DNA from: Octopus vulgaris
Lineage: Eukaryota
Reading direction: 5' to 3'
NCBI GenBank assembly: GCA_951406725.2
Contig: OX597830.1
Location: forward strand, 6,324,001 to 6,388,000
Length of the DNA stretch: 64,000 nucleotides
In this document: piece by piece, positions 12,470 to 31,704 of the stretch
How the letters are laid out: each line of letters begins with the position of its first letter
How positions within the stretch are numbered: position 1 is the stretch's first letter
Translations under genes and position numbers: made by a program
Notes under the pieces: generated by a model
The model's input: the letters and a program-made list of their open reading frames with translations, nothing else
What the model was told of the DNA's origin: nothing
The model's database searches: none

Positions 12470-12513
12470 GCATATATATATATATATATATATATGTATT
12501 TATATATGTATGT

Positions 12514-12875
12514 AGGGGTGGCTGTGTGGTAAGTAGCTTGCTTACGAACCACATGGTTCTGGGTTCAGTCCCACTACGTGGCACCTTGAGCAAGTGTCTT
12601 CTGCTATACCCTCGGGCTGACCAAAGCCTTGTGAGTGGATTTGGTACACGGAAACTGAAAGAAATGGTGTGTCTGTGTTTGTCCCCCCCCCCAATATCGC
12701 CTGACAACCGATGCTGGTGTGTTTATGTCCCTGTAACTTAGCGGTTCGGCTAAAAGAGACCGATTGAATAAGTACTAGGTTTACTGGGGTCGATTTGCTC
12801 GACTAAAGGCGGTGCTCCAGCATGACCACAGTCAAATGACTGAAACAAGTAAAAGAGTAAAGAGAGTAAAGAGAA
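12514..12875 (+). mobile_element. tRNA-derived SINE, family A
   Basis: A-box-like tggctgtgtggtaag, B-box-like gggttcagtccc, CORE-like caccttgagcaagtgtctt, tail ggtgctccagcatgaccacagtcaaatgactgaaacaagtaaaaga. At least 8 similar copies in the window. Confidence 0.85.
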
Positions 12876-13349
12876 TATACATATAGATGAAAGAGGCAAA
12901 ATATAAGTCCAGACTAAAAGAGTTGATTGTGGAAGAAGTTGAAGAAGTCTGGGTTTAGCGAAATGGTAGAATCTAAAATCTTCAACATATATTCTTTGAC
13001 TTGGCCTAACATTTATTTTTTTAAAATTGTTTTATCGAAATTTTCAAGATGAAAACAGTTCTGGATAAGAAAGATAGGCATTAATTTATTTATAGGTTTA
13101 ACTTCATCATTTCTGTCAAGATTCTTTCTAAAGAATTCTCTAAATATTTTCTTATGGGAAATGCTGTCCCAGTTGCGTCTGCAACGAGACATTTATGAGA
13201 GAAGCGAATCACATCTGATGAGTTAAAAATATCACAGAGAATTTCATACGAAACATCCAAAAATTACGAGATGCACGCTCTGCCAACTCCATTCTTGAAA
13301 GCGTTTAATGGGCGTGACATTAGTTTGTATGGAATACTCTCATGGTATG

Positions 13350-13506
<157 letters not shown>

Positions 13507-13624
13507 TATATATATATATTCATATATATATGTATATATATACATATATAGGGATATCGTATACATACATACATGTATGTATAAGTATATGTATGTACGA
13601 GTATCTATTTTGCCGTTTTTTTTT

Positions 13625-13854
13625 ATCTCCTACTTGTTACTGTCCTTGTACTGCGGCCATGCTGGAGCACCACCTTCAAGAAATTTTAATCGAATGAATT
13701 GACTCCTAGTACCTTTATTTTTAAAGCCTGGTACTTACCCTAACGACTCTTTCGCTGAATGGCTAAGTTACGGGGATGTAAACGCACCAACACCGCTTGT
13801 CAAATGGTTGAATGGGGAATCAAACACAGACACAGAAACACACACACACGCACA

Positions 13855-13936
<82 letters not shown>

Positions 13937-14107
13937 CATACACATACGAGGATCTTCTTTCAGGTTCGTCTATCAAATTCACTCAAGGCTTTTGTCGGCT
14001 TGAGGCTATAGTAGAACACATCTGCATAATTTTCTACGTAGTGGGACTGAACCCGGAACCATGTGGTTGGGAAGCAAGCGCTTCTTACCACGCTGCCACG
14101 CCGGCCC
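13625..14107 (-). mobile_element. SINE family A with internal microsatellite expansion
   Basis: Reverse complement of family A: ctgcggccatgctggagcacc ... gtgggactgaacccggaaccatgtggttgggaagcaag. Confidence 0.8.
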
Positions 14108-14312
14108 ACACAACCACGCATATATATCAGTATCTATCTATCTTTCTATTTATCTATCTATTTGTGTGTGTGTGTGTGTGTGTGTGTACGTGTATGCGCG
14201 CATACACCCTTCGCATACACATACAGACACACACAAACAAACACAGACAGGTACGCAGTGAGGTAATAGCACTTCTATATTAATTAACTAATAATAATTT
14301 ACTAAAAAGAAC

Positions 14313-14520
14313 TATTAGGTTAGTGCATAATTATTGGGGCTTTTTTCAAATAAAATTTATTTAACAAAAACAATAACAACATTTAACAAAAACATCTTTA
14401 AATGATTATTGCGGAGCATATTCACCATCTACTTCAATTTCTGCTTGGCGTTTTATTAAAATTTTTTGTCGAATAAAATTTATTGAAAAAAAATCGCAAT
14501 AGTTACGCCCTAACCTAGTA
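14313..14520. mobile_element. Mariner-derived MITE / internally deleted element
   Basis: TA-flanked imperfect TIRs tattaggttagtgcataattattg...ttttttcaaataaaattt / aaaatttattgaaaaaaaatcgcaatagttacgccctaacctagta, resembling mariner TTAGGTTGGTGC-type ends. Confidence 0.65.
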
Positions 14521-15029
14521 AAAAAAGATAAGGGATATTCCGCAATAAATGTTCTTTTTATTTAAACCCTGGAAATCAATTTAAACTGATTGTAGAAAGT
14601 AACATAATGTTGATGCATTGATTTTAACTTCTTCCTCGCTTTCAGTGATCTTTTCGTTGGATATGTGGTTATATTTAAACTGATATTTTAGAAAACTTCT
14701 TTCTCGGTAGACACTGAACGATCTCCCTGCGCTCAACGCCAAATATCGAAGGTTATCATATATTCCGCTCGATTTCTGATATTAATATATTCACGTTTTC
14801 TCACCTGTCACTACACCGTTAATTTGGCCTTAGGAAGTGAATGCAAAAACAGTGGCAAACCAGCGTGAAAGCCAGTCGACCGCGGCAACCATTTGGCTAC
14901 GTATATGTCTGCTAATTCATATATTTGAAACTTATCCGTATGGGTAATATGCTTCAGAGATTTCGACAATTTGCAAGAGTAAAGATAAATAGAAATATGC
15001 ATACATACACTTACACACATACATGCATG

Positions 15030-15081
<52 letters not shown>

Positions 15082-15111
15082 CGTATGTGTATGTGTGTGT
15101 ATGTATGTATA

Positions 15112-15165
<54 letters not shown>

Positions 15166-15184
15166 TACATACATGCATATTTTT

Positions 15185-15440
15185 ATCTTCTATCTTGCTT
15201 CAGTCATGAGACTGCGGCCATACTGGGCTCAGTCTTGGAGAATCTTTTAATCGGACGCGTCGACCCCAGTTCTACCGTTTTTAAAACCTGGCACTTATTC
15301 TGTCGCTCTCTTGTGCCGAATTGTGTGTGTGTTTGTGTATACACACATATATACGATTAGTTTCTTTCGCTTTTCGTCTTTCAAATTCTTTCACAAAGTT
15401 TTGGTCGACCCGATGCTATAATAGAAACAGTTGCCTTGAT
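15185..15440 (-). mobile_element. SINE family A, partial
   Basis: cttcagtcatgagactgcggccatactgg...gtcgaccccagt...cacaaagttttggtcgacccgatgctataatagaa. Confidence 0.65.
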
Positions 15441-15489
15441 ACAAGCACAAAATCAATTAATTCGAGGGAAGGTAAAAGTAGGTAAGGGA

Positions 15490-15630
15490 AAGTTTCCTTC
15501 TCGGGCCATGCCAGGCGCGTGAGGGCCGGTTTCCCAGTTTCTATGGTGTATATATATTCCCCTCCTGGACGGGACGCCGGTCTATTGTAGGATTAACTCA
15601 TTTTCACCAGATGAGTGGACTGGAGCTTAT
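15490..15630 (-). mobile_element. SINE family C fragment
   Basis: cccctcctggacgggacgccggtc...aactcattttcaccagatgagtggactggagc. A reverse-complement relative lies at ~38340-38450. Confidence 0.5.
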
Positions 15631-15668
15631 TACAATGATATCGATTCCTGCAGTATTAATAAGGCCAA

Positions 15669-20912
<5,244 letters not shown>

Positions 20913-22754
20913 TAGGGAATATGGTTCCAAACTTACAGGGAAAAATCCAATTTAGTAATACTAAATCAAATTTCTCAATATATAATACATGTATATATAG
21001 AGAGAGTTTTTCGGTGACCGGATTATTTCGAAGAGACTTCGGCTACCAAGATCACCTGATTTAACACCGCCAGACATTTTCTTTCTGATGAGCAAATAAA
21101 GAGTCAATGTACAAGAATCGTTCGAAAACCGTTAAATACTTACTGCGGAGAGACTTTTTGAACACCCTGTGTAAGAAATAATGTAAACTCTGGCGGGATT
21201 TGAACACGATATCCACAGGAATGCAACTAAATAAGAGAAACTGTTTTGTCCTCTGATCCACCAGTCAAAAGTTGGCGCTGTTCTCAATATAATAATTATA
21301 TTTAAGCCCAAAGATCGCGCGTCTGTGTTGCTGTTTAACTCGCTAGAAATAGCAAGGTCTCCTCAGTTAATACCCCAACCGTTTTATATGAGTAAAGCGA
21401 TAATTAGAGTGTTGAACCCAAATGATCTGGTAAAAAAGATACAACTGTCACGGTTGGGTTGGCTCTGATTATCTCTCAGCTCGGTCAGTCTTGAACCGAA
21501 TCTTGAAAGACATCATTCCTCAGCAGGTTTAACATCACCACAAACATCAACTCCACCATTACCACCACTACCCCCAAAAGCACATGATCTTTGGATGACC
21601 ACTGCTGAATCCATTCTCTTCCAAGTATTGAAACCTGGTCTCCGGTTTAGCAATAAATTCTTCGCTTCTGCCACCATTCACAAAGACCTTCTTCTTTTTC
21701 TAAATAGGTTACTCGTTCCGTTTGTTATATTCTTGTGTTATTTACATCGTTTCTCTTTTATTTATGCCCCAGATATTGAAGATATTTACTGAAGAGAGTA
21801 AACTGTCGATATATTTTGTTTATTTACATTTTATTTATTTCTTGTTTGGGAAAAACTAATTTACTTCTTAGTAAAGAAAATTGGTTTTCTTGAATATCTT
21901 TCACTACTTCTGATAAGGGGTCACGAACGCTATACTTAACATAAACATCACTGAAGCACAACACGTAAATACTAGCTAAATATAATATCGACAAATCAGC
22001 TTTTTTTTTTTACCTCATTTTTTACTTTTATTCCCATTTTGCTTTCTGATTTTATTATTTTTCTTGTTGTTGTTGTCATTTTTTTATTATTGTTAATCTT
22101 AAAAGACTTACTGCTGACCGAGTTGATTGTGAAGCAAAATATATGAATGAGATCTTTGCAACTCCGTTGGTGCAGCCTAGCGACCAAAGCCCCTTGTTGG
22201 CTCAATCTAGTTTCTAATAAATAAGACGCATAAGGTGGTACGAATACTGCTACAAGCTCTAGTAATATTTCAAAATCGACGAGTTCGATATAACAAACGT
22301 TTTGAACTGAGCATATGCTAGTCGAATGTCATTAAGACAAGAGAAGGAAGAAAACACCTGGATAATCATTGCAAGACACAGCAGTGGTTGTTCTCATGAA
22401 GTGATTTCATATATGAAACTGCATGACCGAATGCACACAATCATTTCTCTTATTTGCATTCTATTCTAATAATAAATGACAACTAAAAGTTGAAACATAA
22501 GAATACTATCACAAAAGCAGGACATCAATTGTGCTGATGACACCTAGTGAGAGAAAAACGTGTATCCTCGAATATCCTCTTCGCCTGACAATAAGCTTGA
22601 ACTTTCCCCGAGTTGCTTGTTGTATAATTCACAGGAAGACAGCTGCACAGGAATTTTAAGGCCACGATGTCTACTTCAAAACGCCATTTCTACCATTATA
22701 GTAAAACCATTTTAAATACACATGTAGGAAAGTTGTACGATATAGTTTGTTTGT

Positions 22755-22931
22755 TTGTATGTATGTATGTATGTATGTATGTATGTATGTATGTATGTAT
22801 GTGTGTATGTATGTGTGTATGTATATGTATGTATGTATGTATGTATATGTATGTATGTATGTATATGTATGTATGTATGTATGTATGTATATGTATGTAT
22901 GTATGTATGTATGTATATGTATGTATGTATG

Positions 22932-22963
<32 letters not shown>

Positions 22964-22997
22964 TGTATGTATGTATGTATGTATGTATGTATGTATG

Positions 22998-23029
<32 letters not shown>

Positions 23030-23043
23030 TGTATGTATGTATG

Positions 23044-23075
<32 letters not shown>

Positions 23076-23130
23076 TGTATGTATGTATGTATATGTATGT
23101 ATATATGTATATATATATATATGTATGTGT
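22755..23130. repeat. (ATGT)n tetranucleotide microsatellite
   Basis: Long near-perfect run. It is the source of the spurious MYVC/HTYI ORFs. Confidence 0.95.
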
Positions 23131-23190
23131 GTGTGTGCATTTATGTATATGTATGTATCTGTGTATGTGTAAGTGTATATATATACAGAC

Positions 23191-23560
23191 GTGAGATAAG
23201 AATTTTGCTTCCCAGCCACATAATTCCGGATTCAGTTCCACTGCGTGGCACTTGGGCAAGAGTCTTTTACACCAGATCCGGGTCGACCAATCTTTAGAAG
23301 ATGGACTTAGACAAAAACTGAAAGAAGCCCGTTGTATATATGTGTGTGCGTGTTTTTCCGTCGCCTTCGTTTGAGAACAGGTCGTGGTGTGTTTACGGTT
23401 CTGTAACCTAGCGGTTCGGCGATTGAGAGCGATGGAATATTTGCCACGCTAAAAAAAAAACAATTAAATAAAGAAGAATAAATATTGGTATCGATTCGCA
23501 CGACTAAAATTCTTCAAGGCGATGCCCCAGCATGGCCGCAGTCTAATGACTGAAACTAGT
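23191..23560 (+). mobile_element. SINE family A (diverged)
   Basis: gattcagttccactgcgtggcacttgggcaagagtctt...gaaagaagcccg...ccagcatggccgcagtctaatgactgaaac. Confidence 0.75.
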
Positions 23561-23608
23561 GGAAATTAATATTTACATACATGTGTGTATGTCTGTTTTG
23601 TATGTGTG

Positions 23609-23639
<31 letters not shown>

Positions 23640-25381
23640 TTTAATATATGTATATGTGTGTGTATATATGTGCATGTGTGTGTGTGTGTGTGTGCGTACG
23701 TGTATTAATGCGTGTTGATTGTTAGAGGCTGTTTCCGGGCGCAAAGCTGGCTTGCGTGTTTTGCGTGGAATTGTTTTTAAATCCCTGTTCTTCATCCTGC
23801 ACTTGACCTCTTGTGGTATTTTTGAAGTCGTTCCCTGTGGTTTTTTAACGCTGTGCTGACTCGGTTAAGGCCTTTGACACTTCGTGTTTTGTTGGATTTT
23901 CATGTTAAACCATTTATTGAAACTCTTATTATAATTCGCACGCGCTCATACACTACAAAAACAGCAACAACAGCAGAAACAACACCAGTAGCAAATTCAC
24001 ATATGTGCCAAAATAAATTCGTGAACACACAGACTATTGTGAGGAAAACTTATATTTGGCAACAGAAACGGTAATTACATAGAGTAGACAAAGCAAAAAT
24101 AATGTAAGAAGAGAATAACAGATGCAGAATAATAGACAACTGAGGACACAAAATTGTGTGACGAAAATATTCTTGGATTAGGCGAAAGATAAAAGATTAA
24201 CATCGTAACTCAGTGTGAGCATTTAATTGACAAAATAGCTTCAATTCACGATTTTAGAGTTTGTATGTATGTATGTATGTATGTTTGTTTGTTTGTTTGT
24301 TTGTATGTATGTGTGTATGTATGATTGTATGTATGTTTGTTTCTTGGCTTGTTTGTATATATGTATGTATGTTTATATGTATGCATGTATGTATGAATGT
24401 ATGTATGTGTTTATGTATATATATAGAGAGAGATGTATATTATATATATATATTGGTCTATGTATGTATGTATGTATGAATGTAAATGTGTGCATGTACG
24501 TATGTGCGTATTCACGTATGTATGTATGCATGTATGTATGTGTTTATGTATGTGTATATAAAGATGTGTTTGTATGAATGTATGTATATATGTATGCGTG
24601 TGCATGTATGCGTGCATGCATGTATGTATGGATGGATGGATGGATGTATGGATGTGTGACTGAGTGCGTGTTGCGTTGTGTGTGTGTGTGTGTGTGTGTG
24701 CGTGTGTGTGTGTGCGTGTGTGTGTGTGTGTGTTTGTTATTCAGATTTATTTGAAAATTTCTTGCCAATGGAAAGAGAGCCGGTTTCTAACCTGGGTCCA
24801 AACTTCCATTGTATTCTTAAACAACATCAACATTACATTAGTGCATGTTGGTGTCTATATGTGCAATATTTGAAGTCGGAACCTATTCAGATTTGTGTGT
24901 TTAGTTTTATGTATGTATTCAAATGCATGCAGCTGCGTGTCGATGCATGCAGCTGCGTGTCGATGCATGCAGATGTATGCTTAAATGCTAAACTTCTAGG
25001 AAATTTTACAAATTTTGACAGATCCATTCATTACGTGAAACTATAATCTTCTTGTATGTATGTATGTATGTATGCATGCATGCATGCATGCATGTATTTA
25101 TGCATGCAGGCATGTATTTATGTATGTATGTATGTATGTATTTATGTATGCATGCATGTAAGTATCCATGCATGCATGTATGTATGCATGTATGTATGTA
25201 TGTATGAATGTATGTATATATGTATGTATGTATATATGTATGTATGTATGCATGTATGTATGTATGCATGCATGCATGTATGTATGTATGTATGTACGTA
25301 TGTATCTATGAATGTATGTATGTATGTATGTATGTATGTATGTATGTATGTATGTATGTATGTATGTATGTATGTATGTGT

Positions 25382-25420
25382 TCCTTTCTGATGAAGAGCG
25401 TAGGCTCGAAACATAAAGGA
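25382..25420 (+). ncRNA. Minimal type-I hammerhead ribozyme motif in a ~140-bp unit embedded in (TATG)n
   Basis: TCCTTT-CTGATGA-A-GAGC[GTAG]GCTC-GAAA-CAT-A-AAGGA. Canonical core plus one extra A. Stem III ACAT could be a CpG-decayed ACGT palindrome (inference). Confidence 0.65.
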
Positions 25421-25747
25421 CTTTCTCACTTCCTGAACGTTAAACTAATACATCTGCTTGTTGTTTACACACCTGTCTTCATCTTTTGTTTTGTCTTTGT
25501 TTTGTAAATTCCAACTTTGTATGTATGTACGTATGTATGTATTTATGAATGCATGTATTTATTCGTGTATGTTGCTATGTATTCATGTATGTATGTATAT
25601 ATGTATGTATGCAGCTTGTGCATGTCTGTGTATGTGTATATCTATATCTGCAAGTATATATGCATGTATGATTATATGTAACGTATGTATATAATTTGAT
25701 CTGTGTGTATGCAATTAGGTAGGTATGCATTTCGGAGCAAGAAATGG

Positions 25748-25870
25748 AGCGCGTGACCTGATGGTTAAGATGATCGATTCACGACTGCTAACATGGTGGG
25801 TTCAGTACCTGGACTAGAATGCTGTGTCCTTGAGCAATGCATTTCATTTCACGTTGCCCAAGTCGGTTTT
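25748..25870 (+). mobile_element. Degenerate tRNA-derived SINE head
   Basis: gtgacctgatggttaag...gtgggttcagtacctgg...gtgtccttgagcaatgcatttcatttcacgttg. Confidence 0.5.
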
Positions 25871-26799
25871 ACTATCAATGAAACTATCCCCGTGTTGAGA
25901 GTAGAAATTTCTTTCTCAGGTTTGCAAGAATAAGGGTGCCAGAAAGGTGTCTTTGTCTTCTTGAAACTACAGAGATACTTCAAACAAAGGAATTACTTTT
26001 GGTACTAATATAGCCGTCAAGTTGGTATAGTCTGCGAGTGATATCTGGCGGCCGCACAGAGCAAAAAACGGGATCCGCATTCATAACGGGATCCACAAAA
26101 CACGCAACACTGATTCCGCAATATAGTCAGAAGAAATGCAAAATCTCTACGTAGCATATATCGGACGTAAGGAACAGAATAATGTAAAACAATATAATCT
26201 ATGCAAGGACAGACAAAATATTGCTTTATCGAAAAGAATGCTGGCGATTGCCTCAGAAGCTATAAAAAGTATAAGAATTTCGTGAAAATATCTTTATCTA
26301 GGTGAAGATATTAATAGCTAACTCGTTGCGGATTCGATCAAAAATTTGTATTTTCTACACTAGTACTAAATACAGCCATAGAAAATATGTCTCGCGATTA
26401 AAACTGTTGGAACGGAGATAGCGATACTGCGTTGTTGAAATTATTATGATAAATAAAGGTGAGTAGCTATTGGATTAAAATGCGAAAATGAATGACAATT
26501 AACTGCCTCCATATGCAAAGAACGCAAGCTTTCATCAGTAATTAAAAACAATCTGGCAGCAAAACGTTACTCTAACCACTTCATTCAAAAACCAGGCCGA
26601 AAGGATTTTGAAGCGGTAAACGATTCCATAAGTACAAGCCGTTAACCGTCGCTATGCTGCCGGGTAACAACCTAGTCGAGATGAAATGGATCCTTCGACA
26701 GAAGCCTACTAAAATAATATCATTCAGAAGGTCAACAGCAACTTGTTTTTTGTGAAATAAACTTTAATTCTATCTTTCACACTCCGTCTATCTCTCTCT

Positions 26800-26831
<32 letters not shown>

Positions 26832-27494
26832 GTATTTCTATCTCAACAACAACAACAGGAAAACCTGTCATTGTAGTGAAAGTCTTTTTATCAAGTCTGT
26901 TTTACGTTGTGCAACTCTTCAAAGACATACAAAGATAAGGCACGTGCGCATGCACACACACACACACACACACACAAAGAAATGCATATAGAGAAAAATA
27001 CAGACAGACAGCCTAAAAGATATTATATATATTCCTATAGTTATATTTTTAAGTCCACTTAAAATTCTTGCTTTTTAAATAAAAACGTGTTACTTACTAT
27101 GGTGGCAACATTATCTATCTATCGCACGCACACACACGCTCGTTCATCTCACCGTATTTCGCTCTCAACAACTTTCTCTCCTCCCAGTTTTCTACATATG
27201 CTTTCTGGGAGGGGTTATTTCAAATTTTGATTTTCCTTTTCTTCCTCTCTCTAATAGAATTACGGACAAACATCATCTCCACTTTTATTAATTTAAGATT
27301 GGAGACTTAGTGTTACCGACTGTTTTTGAATCGAATTATCAGGTTTCAATACCTATGCATGGTGTCATGCCCGATCAAATTGAATTTCATTTAAAATCAT
27401 TAACTGAAACATTTGAACCAAATTTCTTCATTCTCTCATACTAATATTGTTGTATAGCATTGTTTTACAAAATCAAAATAGCATTCAACATTTT

Positions 27495-27557
27495 AGAGGA
27501 GATCCCTTGGGGACATGAAGAAGATGTTTAAAAAGATTATCATGAAAAATATAGACG

Positions 27558-27627
<70 letters not shown>

Positions 27628-27950
27628 CACGAATACAGGCATTATATTATACGCAAATACGCTGTCATCTCCATCTGGAATAAGGACCCAGTGCTGTAAC
27701 AGCTTGGCCTTTAATGACCTACGACTGTTCAACAATCTGCTAAACAACCTCAGAGATTTTGGGGAGGTGTAGACGTGGAGATATTTAAAGTGTGTCTGGG
27801 GAAATTTTCATTTTGGTTAGTAGATGAGACTACATCGTAGCAGGAGGTAGGAAACAGATCAGCTCCGCCGTCCAAGTAGCCGCCTTCACCAGAAATAGCA
27901 CAGAAAAGAAACGTAATCTCACTAAATGGCTGCATATCCTGTGCCTCTGG
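27495..27950 (+). pseudogene. CR1/L2-like LINE 3' remnant interrupted by (GATA)n
   Basis: Decayed translation ...CNSLAFNDLRLFNNLLNNLR...VDVEIFKVCL...VDE resembles the C-terminal 'RLFNxLPxxLR...FKxxLD' pattern. Confidence 0.45.
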
Positions 27951-27988
27951 CTAAAACCAATTGGGGATAAAAGATGAAATGATAAATC

Positions 27989-28033
<45 letters not shown>

Positions 28034-28819
28034 GTTTGTGTGTGTGTGTGTAATTTTACGCACACAGGCACTGGTGTGAATACAGAGATATAGAAATTTA
28101 TTGAGCTAAATGTCTAAAAATATACGAAATTGTTAAAAAGCACATCAACAGAACTACATATATAAAACTACATGCGCACATACATATGCACATACAAAGA
28201 TACACGCACACACACACACACGCAACCACAACCACACACATATATCAATACCTATATCGATGTATTAATCTATCGATCCATTTCTCTATATGAATATGAT
28301 AGTATGTACTTATATATGCATATGTGTGTGTGCATGCGTGAGAGAGAGAGAGAAAGAGAGAGCGTGTGTTTGTGTGTGTGTGTATTTATAAATATTTTGC
28401 ATATATATGGAAATATGTATATATGAATGTGCGTGTGTGTGTGTGTGTGTACGGAAGCTTCAAAACGACAAAATCACTCTATATTCTCATACTTCTTCAC
28501 CCCAACAAATGTCACCGTGTCATAAACGTAGCAGTAGCAAAGCCGTCTACTTCTCCTTTAATCCGACATAAGGCGCTTAATGCCTCATAATTGTAGGTGC
28601 TTCTTAACAAGAGATTATTGAGCAAAAATAAAGTTTTTGGCATATATAGCTTAGGAGGCCACTATGCAATTGATATATTGTGACACACTAACACACACAT
28701 ACAAAAACACCCACCCACACATACACACATATATACATATATGTAAGTACATATATGTACACACATATACATATCTGTATGTGTGTATTTGTCTCCGATT
28801 GTGCGTGCATATACGTATG

Positions 28820-28981
<162 letters not shown>

Positions 28982-29216
28982 TATATATATAGCAAAAAAA
29001 GTCAAGATAGAAAATGCTAAAATAATTTTATAAAACTACATTTCAGTACCGGTTCCAGTCATTCGGAATTCACAGCGACCTCAAACCTACAAGAGAGACA
29101 GAGACAGGCAGAAGTAAGGAAAATGCCACCTGTAGTTGAACACTATACAAATATTCTTTTAAAAGACTTTTCTTTTATTTTTCTAAATTTAATTATTTTC
29201 CATACTTAAAGTTGAA

Positions 29217-29574
29217 AAGTATAGACGCAGATATAAATATCTATTTATATGCATATAGGAAAGTAAATATGTGTGAATTTAATTAAATCTGTGTGTGTGT
29301 GTGGGTGTGGCTGTGTATGCATGAATATATATATAAATATGCATATATTCTCACATATATACATACGTACATACCTCTCTCTATATATATCCATTTAAAC
29401 GCCTATCCATCCATCTCAAATATGTCTAATCTGTATACGCGCATGTATGTATATATATATATACATGTAAACATAGATATACATTTACACGCACATATAC
29501 ACATTTAATTAAATTCACACATATTTACTTTTCCATATGCATATGAATGCATATTTATATCTGCGCCTATACTT
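29217..29574. repeat. Inverted repeat (~70-bp arms, microsatellite-like spacer), MITE-like
   Basis: aagtatagacgcagatataaatat...aaagtaaatatgtgtgaatttaattaaat (29217-29288) vs atttaattaaattcacacatatttacttt...atatttatatctgcgcctatactt (29503-29574). Confidence 0.8.
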
Positions 29575-29957
29575 ACACAAATACATAGAAATAGACGTAA
29601 GAAAATGAGGTTACGGAAACAAGAAGAACCTGTAGTTTGTATTTGAACAAAGAAGAATAAGAATACATTATACAACAGACAATAAGGAGGGGAGATAATC
29701 TAATCTAAACAAGGAGGGGAGATAATCTCAATGATCCCACATCTAGAGAACTTTCGCATTAACGATAGAAATCAGGGCGGATTTCTGAATACAAAGGCAC
29801 TAAAGAAAGCTCGTGTTTCTGCTTCAATGAGCGTCATCTGAATAGCAGTTGACCTACTTTTAACAAAGGAATCTGTTTGTCTTCTCTGGAAGCGAATATA
29901 ATTTCCAGAAATCAAGATCATTTTTGTATCTACGTATTAATGCATACACACGCATAG

Positions 29958-30035
<78 letters not shown>

Positions 30036-30478
30036 ATATATATATATGTATGTATATATGTTTAGATGGATATTATATATATATATATTTTGTACATTTG
30101 TATGTACATCTGTATATATATATATATATACACACGCATACACGTGCATATATGAGGATATAAATCTGCAAAGAAAAGATACCTTGAAAAATATAGTTAA
30201 GTTCTTTAAGCAAGAGCTGCAAAGCAAAAGTAGGCCATCGTACACTCGAACGCAAAACATATATGTAAACACATATACAAACACTTATACAAACAAACAA
30301 ATACACACACAAACACACACATACACACACATACAGGCGTATACAAGGAAACAAACAAAATCAGGATGCGAGAAACAGATAGCCAGACAGAAAAACAGAC
30401 AGCCAGATAAGCAATAAGTCAAAGATGGCGAGAAAAGAAATTAGAGAACGAACGTCGTAGACTGAAGACGCAGAGTGA

Positions 30479-30479
<1 letters not shown>

Positions 30480-30568
<89 letters not shown>

Positions 30569-30602
30569 TAATAATAATAATAATAATAATAATAGTAATA
30601 AT

Positions 30603-30640
<38 letters not shown>

Positions 30641-30668
30641 TAATAATAGTAATAATAATAATGATAAT

Positions 30669-30718
<50 letters not shown>

Positions 30719-30831
30719 TAGTAATAATAATAACAACAACAACAATAATATCAATAATAATAATAGTAATAATAATAATTATAAGATGAAGAAGAGTCAT
30801 AATAATAATGATGATGATGATGAAAATGATG

Positions 30832-30919
<88 letters not shown>

Positions 30920-30962
30920 CAATAATAATAATAATAATAACAATAATAATAATAATAATAAC
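30480..30962. repeat. Compound (AAT)n microsatellite
   Basis: Long imperfect trinucleotide runs. Confidence 0.95.
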
Positions 30963-31337
30963 GACAGAAAAAATATATGAGATTTGTTATGAGAAAGAAT
31001 TATTTCATCATTTCACGCGTCTCTCGATTTCTTTTACACTAATTCCTGAAAGATAAGACAGTCTGTTAAGACTTTAGTGGTTTCCAGTGAAATCAATCAA
31101 AATACAATGGAGTTTATACTGCGATGGACAGACATTAATCTGGTGGAGAACAAGAAAAAGAAGCACAAAACAAAATGGCTGATGAGTTAGTCAACGAAGC
31201 TAAATTTGCTTGTGCTAGGCGTAGATGTATTACGGTACAGACTTTAAACATCACACACGGCAACTTGTGGATACATTGGGATACAGAATATAGTGCTAGA
31301 GGCATACACCTACGCACAATTCTGTTTACACATCGGC

Positions 31338-31396
<59 letters not shown>

Positions 31397-31397
31397 C

Positions 31398-31450
<53 letters not shown>

Positions 31451-31654
31451 CATACATTTATATATATATATATAACAATGTATATATAGGTGTATGAATG
31501 TACATCCATATACATATATATGTATATGAATATGTGTATATATATATCAATGTATATATAGGTATATAAATCTACAAAAATATGCATATATACATATATA
31601 CATACGTATATATACATATATACACATATACATATATACATATGTATATATGTA

Positions 31655-31704
<50 letters not shown>

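Noticed and set aside
13211-13260. CTGATGAG...CGAAACATC hammerhead-like core
   Set aside because: Stem II pairs poorly and no stem I partner was found. At best a very decayed copy.
21080-21140. CTGATGAGC...TTCGAAAACCGTT
   Set aside because: No stem II in the correct register and no stem I.
22517-22570. CTGATGA-CACCTAGTG-AGAGAAAAACGTG
   Set aside because: GAAA is not adjacent to the short stem. Cannot be supported without a family consensus.
24923-24975. 20-bp tandem atgcatgcagctgcgtgtcg x2.5
   Set aside because: Simple local slippage duplication with no further structure.
29040-29070. gtaccggttccagtc (half of an ACCGGT-type HHR on the minus strand)
   Set aside because: No CUGANGA half present.
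31175-31340. [18 protein letters not shown]... as a host exon
   Set aside because: No recognisable domain, runs into (TA)n, and no supporting neighbouring exons.
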